Shown: piece by piece, positions 18,823 through 27,633 of the stretch
How the letters are laid out: the number at the start of each line of letters is the position of its first letter
Position numbering within the stretch: position 1 is the first letter of the stretch
Assembly (NCBI GenBank): GCA_965649055.1
Contig: CBFGJG010000026.1
Coordinates: 1-27,633, forward strand
From: a candidate division WOR-3 bacterium
GTDB taxonomy: Bacteria > Hydrothermota > UBA3072 > B12-G15
Reading direction: 5' to 3'
Length of the DNA stretch: 27,633 nt
The notes under the pieces: model-generated
What the model saw: the letters and a program-made list of their open reading frames with translations, nothing else
The model's database searches: none
Told to the model about the DNA's origin: nothing
Program-made: the position numbers and the translations under genes

Positions 18823-21800
18823 ATGAAACTTAAGAAGATAACCCTTATGGGTTTTAAGAGTTTTCCCCACAGGACTGTAATTGAATTCAACAATGGATTT
18901 AATGCTATTGTTGGACCAAACGGGATAGGTAAGAGTAATATAATAGATGCTATAAAATGGGTGGTGGGTGAAAAGTCGATAAGGGAACTTAGGGGTGAAA
19001 AACTTGAAGATGTTATATTCTTTGGTTCAGAGGGTAAAAATCAAATGAATCTTGCAGAGGTTGAAATAGTTTTTGAAAATAATGGTCTTATTCCGCTTGA
19101 TTTTGAAGATGTTGTTGTAAAAAGAAGATATTTCAGGAATGGAACAAGTGAGTTTTTTATAAACAATACTCCCTGTAGATTGAAAGATATTGTGGAAAAG
19201 TTTGCAAATACAGGTATATCTTATTGTATAGTTGATGATAACTCAATAAAGAGGATAATACTTTCTGATTCAAAATTGAGGAGGGAACTCTTTGAAAGTA
19301 TTGCAAACATTGGGAAATACAGGGAAGATAAGAAGGATGCACTGACAAGATTACAGAGGGTTGAGGAAGAACTTTCAAAGATAAATGCGGTAATAGAGGA
19401 AAAAGAAAAGAATGCAAGGACACTACAATATCAGGCAAGAAGGGCAGTCCAGTATAGGGAAATTATGACGCAACTAAAGGAAAAATTATATTTTTCTGGA
19501 TGTAACGATATATATTTGTTGGAAGAAAAGATAAAAGAACTTAAAGAGCAACATATTAACATCAAAAATAAAATAGAAGAAATAAATGCAGGAAAGGATA
19601 CACTTCTAAAGGAAAGAGAACGAACACAAGATAAGATAAATGAAAAGGAAAAATATCTTAACGAAATTAGAAAAGATATATCAGAAGCAGAGAATAAAAA
19701 CCTTTATTTGTTACAGGAAATAACAAGAATAGAAACAATAATAGATAGTATTGAAAGTTCAATTAAAAGTATCCCCGTAGAAGATGTAGAGATAGATGAA
19801 CAGGAAAATATTATAAGTTTTAAGAAAAATGAACTTGAGAATCTTGAAAAAGAGTTTTCTGAAAAGAAAGAAATTCAGAAAAATTTAAATTTAAGATTGA
19901 AGGAGATTGAGAATAAGATAAATAATATGATACTTGAAGAGGTCAGGAATAAAGATAAAATTTTAGACAGGAAGAATCTTATAATAAAGACGGAGCAGGA
20001 AATTAAAGATTTAGAAGAGAATCTAAATAGATTAGACTTTCAAAGAAAAGAATTAATATCAAAGTTAGAATCTCTTGATAAAGAAATAATAAAGAATTCA
20101 ACAGATATAAATGAAAAAACTAATGAAAGAGATAAAGTGTATGCTAAAAGAGCAAATCTTTTAAGGATTAAGGAAGAGACATTCCGTAATAAGATGAAAT
20201 TGGAAGATGAAATAACAAGGTTAAAATCAAGTTATGATGAACACAAGAAAGATTTCTGTGAAAGGTTTAATCTGAGGAGGTTGTCAGAAATAGTTAAGAT
20301 AAAAGAAGGTTTTAGTGAGGTATTTGAAGGTTCTCTTGATATTCTTCATGACGCGCTAATAGGGAAGAAAGAAGATGTTATTAATGCTTATTATTATGCG
20401 AAAGAAATGAATATTAAAGATATCGTATTCGTACTTGAAGAAAATCTGGGAGAAACAAGAGAAGATAATGAGCTCCTTAAGTATGTTGAAAAAGATGAAA
20501 CAAATATTTTATCAAAAATTTTGAACCCATATAAGATAGTTGAAAGATTCAACAGTGAGAATCTTTCATCAGAAAAAAGAATGGTAACAATGGATGGGGA
20601 TATATACTTTGATGGTATAATTAAAATTAAAAGGGGAAAGGGTGTTCTGGTTTTAAAAGAGAATATTGAAAGAATTGAAAGAGATATAGAAAGACTGAAT
20701 GTAGAAATTAATGAAAAAGAAAAGGAAATAGAACAAATATCAGTATTAGAAAGAAAACTAACGGAAGAATTAGAAGAGATGAAGAATATAAGAAATCGGT
20801 TAAGTTCAGAGAAATCAAATGTTGAATATGAAATATCAAGATTTGATATAAAGATAGAAAGTTATTCAGATGATTTAAGGAAAAAGAAAAGAAATATGGA
20901 GGAACTGAAAAAAGAAATTGAAAATATTGAAAATTCCTTTTCACAAATTGTTGAAAGTAAAAAGAATCTTGAGTCAGAGAAGGAAAATTTACAGAATCAA
21001 TTAGAATCAAATGAATATATAACAAATATACTGAATGAGAAAATCTCAGCTTTAAAAAATGAAATATCTTTAAATCAAAATAAACTTGAGAATGCAAGGA
21101 AAATTTTAGAATTAGAGAAGGAAAAAGAAGAAAAGATAAAATACTTATCTGAAAGAAGAGCGGAATTGTCAGAAGTTAAAAGAAAACTTGAAAATCTTAA
21201 GGGAAAATCAGGTGCCATTGAAGAAGATTTAAATGCATTAAGAAGCAGTCTTGATAGTTATTTTGAAAGGATTGAGGAAATAGAAAAAGAAAATGTAAGC
21301 CTTGTCAGTGAATACAAATTGAAGGAAAAGGAGATTGCAGATTCTGAGATAAAAATGGAAGAAATTAAACAGAAGATTTACAGGGAAACAGAGAGGATAC
21401 CAGAACCTGTGAAAATATCAGATATAGAGATTGTTGAAAATGATATAAGAAATCTTATGGAAAAGAAAGAAAAATTTGGAGATGTTAATCCACTTGCAGA
21501 AGAAGATTACAAAGTCGTAAAAGAAGAGATAGATATATTGAAAGAAAAGGTCCAGGACCTTGTGAATGCAAGGGAAGATATATTGAATGCAATAAAGAAA
21601 ATAGATCAGGATGCTGAAGGAATCTTTGTAAGGACTATTAACGAGATAAGAAGAAATTTCCAGATTGTATTCCAGAGATTCTTTGAAGATGGATATTGTG
21701 ATATCAGGCTTGTAGGAACAGACCCGCTATCTGCTGATATTGAGATAATTGCGAGGCCTCCTGGAAAGAAGATAAAGCAGCTTGAGTCATTATCAGAGGG

Positions 21801-22074
21801 AGAAAAGACAATAACAGCATTTTCACTCCTTCTTGGTGTGGTGTTAACAAAGAAATCTGGAATACTTATTCTTGATGAGATAGATGCACCGCTTGACGAA
21901 AAGAATATTGAAAGGTTTATTTCTGTTGTGAGGGGTCTTTTTGGTTCAGGACAAATAATAATAATAACACATAACAGAAGAACAATGGATGAGGCAGATT
22001 ATATCTTTGGAGTTACAATGGAAGAAAAAGGCGTATCAAAGATATTAACCCTGAGCAAGGAGGTATTCAGATGA
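18823..22074 (+). CDS. smc: Chromosome segregation ATPase SMC (divergent motifs)
   Basis: Start MKLKKITLMGFKSF, Walker A GPNGIGKSN, long coiled coils around a hinge-like centre, GDVNPLA, signature LSEGE, Walker B/D-loop LDEIDAPLD and H-loop ITHN. True start is ATG 18823 (track start is 18766). Confidence 0.92.
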   Translation: MKLKKITLMGFKSFPHRTVIEFNNGFNAIVGPNGIGKSNIIDAIKWVVGEKSIRELRGEKLEDVIFFGSEGKNQMNLAEVEIVFENNGLIPLDFEDVVVKRRYFRNGTSEFFINNTPCRLKDIVEKFANTGISYCIVDDNSIKRIILSDSKLRRELFESIANIGKYREDKKDALTRLQRVEEELSKINAVIEEKEKNARTLQYQARRAVQYREIMTQLKEKLYFSGCNDIYLLEEKIKELKEQHINIKNKIEEINAGKDTLLKERERTQDKINEKEKYLNEIRKDISEAENKNLYLLQEITRIETIIDSIESSIKSIPVEDVEIDEQENIISFKKNELENLEKEFSEKKEIQKNLNLRLKEIENKINNMILEEVRNKDKILDRKNLIIKTEQEIKDLEENLNRLDFQRKELISKLESLDKEIIKNSTDINEKTNERDKVYAKRANLLRIKEETFRNKMKLEDEITRLKSSYDEHKKDFCERFNLRRLSEIVKIKEGFSEVFEGSLDILHDALIGKKEDVINAYYYAKEMNIKDIVFVLEENLGETREDNELLKYVEKDETNILSKILNPYKIVERFNSENLSSEKRMVTMDGDIYFDGIIKIKRGKGVLVLKENIERIERDIERLNVEINEKEKEIEQISVLERKLTEELEEMKNIRNRLSSEKSNVEYEISRFDIKIESYSDDLRKKKRNMEELKKEIENIENSFSQIVESKKNLESEKENLQNQLESNEYITNILNEKISALKNEISLNQNKLENARKILELEKEKEEKIKYLSERRAELSEVKRKLENLKGKSGAIEEDLNALRSSLDSYFERIEEIEKENVSLVSEYKLKEKEIADSEIKMEEIKQKIYRETERIPEPVKISDIEIVENDIRNLMEKKEKFGDVNPLAEEDYKVVKEEIDILKEKVQDLVNAREDILNAIKKIDQDAEGIFVRTINEIRRNFQIVFQRFFEDGYCDIRLVGTDPLSADIEIIARPPGKKIKQLESLSEGEKTITAFSLLLGVVLTKKSGILILDEIDAPLDEKNIERFISVVRGLFGSGQIIIITHNRRTMDEADYIFGVTMEEKGVSKILTLSKEVFR

Positions 22075-23363
22075 ATATTTCAATAATTGGGGTTGGATAT
22101 GTTGGGCTTGTTACCGGTGCGTGTTTTGCCAAGATTGGTCATAAGGTTATTTGTATGGATGAGGAGGAAAGCAAGATAAAAGCATTGAAAAAGGGTTCTG
22201 TTCCTTTTTATGAACCAGGTCTTAAAGAATTAATATCTGAAGTTAAGAAAAAGAATCTAATTTCTTTTACAACAAGTATAAAGGAAGCCATTGACACTTC
22301 TGATGTTATCTTCATTTGCGTTGGAACACCAGCAACCGATGATGGTGGTGCGGACTTAAGTGCTGTTGAAAAAGTAGCATCCCAGATAGCAATAAACCTT
22401 AATAGTTATAAACTTATTGTAGAGAAAAGCACAGTTCCAGTTCAGACAGGGACAAAGATTAAAAGAACTATAGAATTATTAATTAAAAAAAATGTAGAAT
22501 TTGATGTAGCATCAAATCCGGAATTTTTAAGGGAAGGTTCTGCTATAAATGATTTTCTTTATCCGGACAGGATTATTATAGGTGTTGAGAATGAAAGGTC
22601 TGAAAAGATATTGAGAGAAATTTATAAAGACATAAATGCACCAATTTTAGTTACAAGTGTTCAGAGTGCAGAGATTATTAAGCATGCTTCAAATTCATTC
22701 CTTGCAACAAAGATTTCCTTCATAAATGCAGTTAGTGTTATATGTGAAAGGACAGGTGCTGATGTGAAAGAGGTTGCTTATGGTATGGGTCTTGATAAGA
22801 GGATAGGACCTGATTTTCTTGAAGCAGGTATAGGCTTTGGTGGTTCCTGTTTTCCGAAAGACTTGAAGGCATTTATTAAGATTGCGCAGTCCCTTGGTTA
22901 TGATTTTAAGATTTTAAAAGACGTCCTTGAGATAAATAACGAAGCAAGGGAAAATTTTGTAAAAAAGATTGAAGATATTTTGTGGAATTTGAAAGATAAA
23001 AAAGTTGTGGTTATGGGTTTGTCATTCAAACCAAATACGGATGATATAAGGGATGCACCTTCCATAGGAATTATTTCAAAACTTCTTGAGAAAGGAGCTA
23101 AGATTTATGCATACGACCCACAGGCTATGGATAGATTCAAAGGAATATTTCCGAATATATGTTATATAAAGGATATCTATAAAGACATTGCTGATGCAGA
23201 TGCAATTGTATTTCTGACAGAATGGGAAGAGTTTAAAAAACTTGACTATAAGAAGATAAAAAACCTCATGAAGACACCTATTCTTGTCGATGGTAGAAAT
23301 ATGTTTGAACCTGAAAAGATGAAAGAATTGGGTTTCATTTACAAAGGTATTGGAAGAGGATAG
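22071..23363 (+). CDS. ugd: UDP-glucose 6-dehydrogenase (UDP-glucose/GDP-mannose dehydrogenase family)
   Basis: GVGYVG, ICVGTP, EKSTVPV, SNPEFLREG, GFGGSCFPKD (catalytic Cys) and FKPNTDDIRDAP. Confidence 0.93.
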   Translation: MNISIIGVGYVGLVTGACFAKIGHKVICMDEEESKIKALKKGSVPFYEPGLKELISEVKKKNLISFTTSIKEAIDTSDVIFICVGTPATDDGGADLSAVEKVASQIAINLNSYKLIVEKSTVPVQTGTKIKRTIELLIKKNVEFDVASNPEFLREGSAINDFLYPDRIIIGVENERSEKILREIYKDINAPILVTSVQSAEIIKHASNSFLATKISFINAVSVICERTGADVKEVAYGMGLDKRIGPDFLEAGIGFGGSCFPKDLKAFIKIAQSLGYDFKILKDVLEINNEARENFVKKIEDILWNLKDKKVVVMGLSFKPNTDDIRDAPSIGIISKLLEKGAKIYAYDPQAMDRFKGIFPNICYIKDIYKDIADADAIVFLTEWEEFKKLDYKKIKNLMKTPILVDGRNMFEPEKMKELGFIYKGIGRG

Positions 23364-23497
23364 GGTCAGTCTTCTCATTTCTCAAATATAGAAAAAGTAA
23401 TTTCAATGTTTCCCAAAAGTTATCCTGAAAAAACAAATTATATTTCATAACTTACCACCATGTGCATGAACTTTTCCACGTCTACATTATAATACAC

Positions 23498-23526
23498 TTG
23501 ACATTTTAGGAAAAATTTATTAAATT
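23498..23526 (+). promoter_or_regulatory. Putative sigma70 promoter for the right-hand protease cassette
   Basis: TTGACA-N17-TAAATT, followed by an AGGAGG SD and ATG 23544. Confidence 0.65.
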
Positions 23527-23543
23527 GTAAAAAAGGAGGTTTA

Positions 23544-23651
23544 ATGGGTTTAAAAAATCGAATAGTTAGGTTATCCATCAAATATCTTGAGGACAAAATT
23601 TTCTATATGGAATTGCAATATTTAAAAATTTTAACCTTTGAAAGGAGGTGA
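23544..23651 (+). CDS. Small 35-aa hypothetical protein or leader ORF
   Basis: Strong AAGGAGGT SD. Encodes MGLKNRIVRLSIKYLEDKIFYMELQYLKILTFERR. Its last codons form the SD of the next gene. Below the ORF-track size cutoff. Confidence 0.5.
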   Translation: MGLKNRIVRLSIKYLEDKIFYMELQYLKILTFERR

Positions 23652-23652
23652 T

Positions 23653-24789
23653 ATGATAATCCTTTTATTCAGCATATCAGGTCATTGGGAACTTTTACAT
23701 GAGAGTTATTACTGTTCATTCTGGGGAGTTGATTTTGTTGACACATTGAATGGATGGGTATGTGGGGATTTTGGTATGGTATGGAGGACGAGGGATGGAG
23801 GCGAATCATGGGAGACATTGTATGTTACAAGGAATGTGACCTTGAGAGACATCTGTTTTCTTGATACACTTACAGGATGGGTATGTGGAGATTATGGATA
23901 CATAGCAAAGACAACAGATGGTGGATACACATGGGAAGAGCAGAATTCAGGGGTATTGTGGGGACTTAAATCAATAAAGTTTGTTGATGAAAGGCATGGA
24001 TGGTGTGGAATTGATACAGTAGCATGGATTATATTGAAGACCACTGATGGAGGGAGGAATTGGGAAAAAATTAGCGTTCCACCTACTTGGTTCACATGGT
24101 TGAGTAATATTGTTATTTCCCCTGTAAATAAGAATTTAATCTGGCTTTCGATGGAAAGACTTTATGTTTCTTATGATGGTGGATACAACTGGATTGTAAA
24201 AGAAGAAAGCACAACGACATCATGTTTTGCACTTGATTCTCTCCATATTTTTTATTCAACTATTTCCTCCTTTTATAGAAGTTCAGATGGAGGTAATACA
24301 TTTGAAAGTTCCTCGGATTGTTATAGTTTGTATTCCATCTCATTTGTTGATACCCTTTTTGGCTGGGGAGGACGCGGCTTTTCTCTTTATCTTACAGAAG
24401 ATGGTGGTAAAACATTTACGGAATATCTTTCTCCCGGTGATGATTGGGTTTCAGATATAGACTGTGTTGATAGGAATCATTGTTGGGCTTCAAAATGGTA
24501 TCCTCAGGTCCACCAATATGAAAGATGCGGTGAAATAGTAAGATGGGTTTCTGATGCTGTTTCTGTTGTTAAGGAAGAAAAAGAGATTAGGACATTTTTC
24601 CTGAACGGAAAGATTACACTTGAAGAAGGATTTAAGATTTACAACATTTCAGGAGAACTTGTGAAAGAATTAAAGAATGAAATCTGGGATGGAAGAGATG
24701 AGAAAGGTAATGTTGTAAAACAAGGGATTTATTTTGGTTTAAAAAACAACAAAAAAATAAAAATTATAAAATTAGGAGGAAAATTATGA
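23653..24789 (+). CDS. Secreted YCF48/BNR (Asp-box) beta-propeller protein with a C-terminal FlgD-Ig/T9SS-like sorting domain
   Basis: ATG 23653 after AGGAGGTG. Repeats F-x-D-x2-GW...T-x-DGG-x2-W (RTRDGGESW, KTTDGGYTW, KTTDGGRNW). C-terminus KIYNISGELVKEL..WDGRDEKGNVVKQGIYF..KIKIIKL. Confidence 0.85.
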   Translation: MIILLFSISGHWELLHESYYCSFWGVDFVDTLNGWVCGDFGMVWRTRDGGESWETLYVTRNVTLRDICFLDTLTGWVCGDYGYIAKTTDGGYTWEEQNSGVLWGLKSIKFVDERHGWCGIDTVAWIILKTTDGGRNWEKISVPPTWFTWLSNIVISPVNKNLIWLSMERLYVSYDGGYNWIVKEESTTTSCFALDSLHIFYSTISSFYRSSDGGNTFESSSDCYSLYSISFVDTLFGWGGRGFSLYLTEDGGKTFTEYLSPGDDWVSDIDCVDRNHCWASKWYPQVHQYERCGEIVRWVSDAVSVVKEEKEIRTFFLNGKITLEEGFKIYNISGELVKELKNEIWDGRDEKGNVVKQGIYFGLKNNKKIKIIKLGGKL

Positions 24790-27633
24790 AAAAATTATTT
24801 AATTCTATTCTATTCTATTCTATTCTATTCTATTCTATTCTATCTTTACACCTTTAATTGTTTTTCCAAAGCATCTTTATATCATTGTTGATGATTCAAT
24901 TTACAATTACATAGAGCAATCTCTTAATCAGTATATCAGTGATATTTCTTTTGAAGGATATTCATCAACAGTATTCAGAGTTCAAAATGAGACACCAGAA
25001 GAAATAAGGGAATTGTTAAGGAATGGGTATAATAATCACCATATAGAAGGGGCGATACTTATAGGTGATATAACTTCTAAACCATCATATATAGGGACAG
25101 GTTCAGAGGAAGGTGCATATCCCTGTGAGTTATATTATATGGATATAGATGGTGAATGGATTGATACCTTCGAATTTAATTATAAGATTTTAGTTGACCA
25201 TCTTGATGGTTCTGGTGATGTTGCACCTGAGATTTATACTGCAAGGATATTCCCTAAAAGAGGCTCTATTCAGACTGATGCACAACTTATAAATGATTAT
25301 TTTTATAGGGTTCATAATCTGAGAATTGGTAATTTTACAATTGAAAGATATTATAAGGGCTTAGAGTTTCTTGACCTTGCTCATTACAATTTTTTAATTG
25401 ATGCTTATTCACACAGGGATGTTTGGGAGTCTGGAACACCTGATACTGTGATAAAATGGTATTATGTTCAAAAGAGCTGTTCCGTGATATATAAGCAATA
25501 CGAATTTGTAATTCAAGAATCACATGGCGACGTTGATCGTGTAATCTTACATAATAACAATACTGGATTAGACGAAAATGTATTTGGTTCCGACATCACT
25601 AGTCCTTATGCTAATAAAAGTATGTTCTATCTTTTAGCATCCTGTTTTAATGGGAATTTTGCTATGTACGATTGGAGGCTTGAACCTCAAAATGAATGTT
25701 ATATTGCGTCTTATTTTCTTTTCTGCGATAAGACCTTAGGGGTTATTGCTTCATCAAAAGCAATTGCATCCATACCTCAAGCATTATATATAAAATTCTT
25801 AGGTAGAGGGTTTTCTCTTGGAGAAGCAATTTATGAACTTCTTTTTTCTGTGTTGGAAGATGGCGTTAGTGGTATCGGGGCGAAATCAAATTTTTATGGC
25901 TTGATTGTTTTTGGTGACCCAACACTCCATCCATATAATTATATTTACGGAATACAGGAATATTCAGGATTTCCAAAGGATATTGATAATAATACAATTC
26001 TTGTCAATTCAATCAGTTCAGTTGATTTCAACTCTGGTTCTTACTTTATTGATATTGACCTTGATGGAATGGATGAATTCCTTTTCTGGAGTAATTCTGG
26101 TCTATCCTGCTATAAATTAGATGGAACATTAAAATGGAATTTTCCAATACAGAATACAAAGATCTTAAAACCTGCAGTTGAGGATATTGATGATGATGGA
26201 AGAATAGAGATAATTTTTGTTGCAGAAATAGGATTGGAAGAAGGGGAACTTTTCTGTCTTGATGAAAATGGGAATATTAAATTCAAAGCACCAATAAATT
26301 CACCTAATTCTTCACCTATTATCTTTGATTTTGATAATGACTATAAAAAGGAGATAGTTGTTTCAGCTAATTATTTTTCTTATGACACAATGAAAACTTG
26401 GGCTTCAGAAGAACGATTAAAAGTCTTTAATTGTAATGGTTCTTTAATCTGGGAATATGATGAGACGAGTGTTGATTTCCCAACAATTGGTGATCTTAAT
26501 GGTGATGGGAATTATGAAATAGTATTTTATGGAACTTCTTCTTCTGGACCAGAATATGGGACTAAAAAGATTCTTGTTTACACCTATTCAAATGGGAGTT
26601 TTTCAAAATTGTGGGAGAAAAATTCCCCTTATGTTTTATCTTTATCTCTTGGAAATGCAAGGAATCTTGGGAGGGATGATATAATTTTAGGAACTACTGA
26701 TAAATTATATCTTCTTGATGGAATGCAGGGGGATATTGTTAGTTTCTATGATTCTGTTTCAGCCAATGCACCAATACTTTCAAATATTGATGATGACCCA
26801 TATCTTGAACCTATGTCAATAACAAAGGATGGATATTTTAAGATATTACCTGATTTTGTTACAGGTTCTGGAATAACACTTAATAGGTTCCTACCGCTTG
26901 ATGGAGTAGCAAATCCTACAATAGCAGATATAACAGGTGATAATATTCCTGATATTATACTTCCAACATATAGGGGATTGTTTATTCTCAATCTTGATGG
27001 GACATCAATACTTTCGGGTGGTGAATATTTTGGTAGAGGAACAGATGGTGGGATATTAACAGATGCTGATAATGATGGTGATTATGAATTTGGATTTGGT
27101 GATTATTTTGGGACTGTTCATCTTTACCCATTTAATAAAACCATATCAAGATATTCCTGGCTTGAAGATAATTCAGATAGATGGAATACAAATAATACAA
27201 CCGACAGGGTTCCACCTTTACCTCCTTCAAATTTACAAGCAAGACCAATAAGGATTGATTCAGTTAATTGGAGGGTTAATCTTACCTGGAGAAGAAACAA
27301 TAAGGAGATTGATTTCTCACATTATAATATTTATGGAAATTCTGCATTTATTGATACCACTTATGTGAATTCTTATGATACAGATTTACCTTATGCCCCA
27401 AGAAACTTGTTTTACTTCTATACAAGAGGAGTTGATAATAATGATAATATCTCTTCCCGTTCAAATATTGTGAATCTTCATCATCCAATTGGTTCATCAG
27501 ATATTTCTTATGCAACAGGGACAAATAATCAGAGGAAGATTGGTTATTACGAGGAGAATGTTTATCTTGTTTATCAGGCAGATAATAAGATTTATCTTTT
27601 AAGTTCCAATGATAATGGTGAATCATGGGAGAT
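24786..27633 (+). CDS. Large secreted peptidase C25-like protein (C25 domain, FG-GAP repeats, FN3, Asp-box propeller); out of frame at an (ATTCT)8 tract, putatively phase-variable; 3' end runs off the window
   Basis: ATG 24786 follows an AGGAGG SD and overlaps the upstream stop (ATGA); this frame hits TAA at 24855. The long frame reads KHLYIIVDDSIY..TPEEIRELL..GAILIGD..YPCELYYMDIDGEW..PEIYTARI..ESHG (His 25523)..LLASCFNGNF (Cys 25643)..YGLIVFGDPTL. Then come FG-GAP repeats (EDIDDDGRIEIIF, GDLNGDGNYEIVF, ADITGDNIPDIIL), FN3 (PPLPPSNLQA..VNLTW..HYNIY) and SSNDNGESW. Confidence 0.85.
24802..24841 (+). repeat. Pentanucleotide simple sequence repeat (ATTCT)8
   Basis: Eight perfect ATTCT copies (plus AT), starting 16 nt after the A of ATG 24786. 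Confidence 0.97.

Noticed and set aside
18823..22074. SMC as a Wadjet/MksB or SbcC/Rad50 defence or repair ATPase
   Set aside because: The head sequences are of canonical Smc type, scpA is nearby, and there is no jetABD, sbcD or CXXC zinc hook.
3987..24460. Other small track ORFs nested in or antisense to recognised genes (e.g. 5923..6267, 8971..9234, 15492..15800, 20708..21097, 23076..23378)
   Set aside because: They overlap well-supported genes and have no recognisable features.
24802..24841. CRISPR array or mobile-element end
   Set aside because: It is a pure 5-bp tandem repeat without spacers. I found no cas, transposase or integrase gene in the window.
25335..27626. Short ORFs 25335..25523, 25905..26120, 26746..26991, 27063..27251 and 27348..27626
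   Set aside because: They are alternative-frame or antisense shadows within the C25/FG-GAP reading frame.

Overview
AT-rich bacterial chromosomal window. The gene style and T9SS/FlgD-like C-terminal domains suggest an FCB-related lineage such as candidate division WOR-3; this is inference only. The housekeeping core has four parts: (1) two tandem FAD/NAD(P)H oxidoreductases; (2) tRNA-Glu(CUC), tRNA-Gln(CUG), pdaD, speB and rpsT; (3) a ten-gene minus-strand operon, lemA-DUF2207-exbB-exbD-tonB-scpA-recJ-ogt-rodA-comF; (4) a divergent smc-ugd unit. Each end of the window carries a cassette of beta-propeller protein(s) followed by a very large secreted gingipain-like (peptidase C25, clan CD) multidomain protease. 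Both proteases run off the window and are largely missing from the ORF track, and both are out of frame as given. The right-hand gene has a perfect (ATTCT)8 repeat in its signal-peptide coding region, where 7 or 10 copies would restore the frame, as expected for a phase-variation switch. The left-hand gene has one extra base just before its catalytic His. The SMC has atypical Q-loop, hinge and signature motifs and appears to be leaderless.
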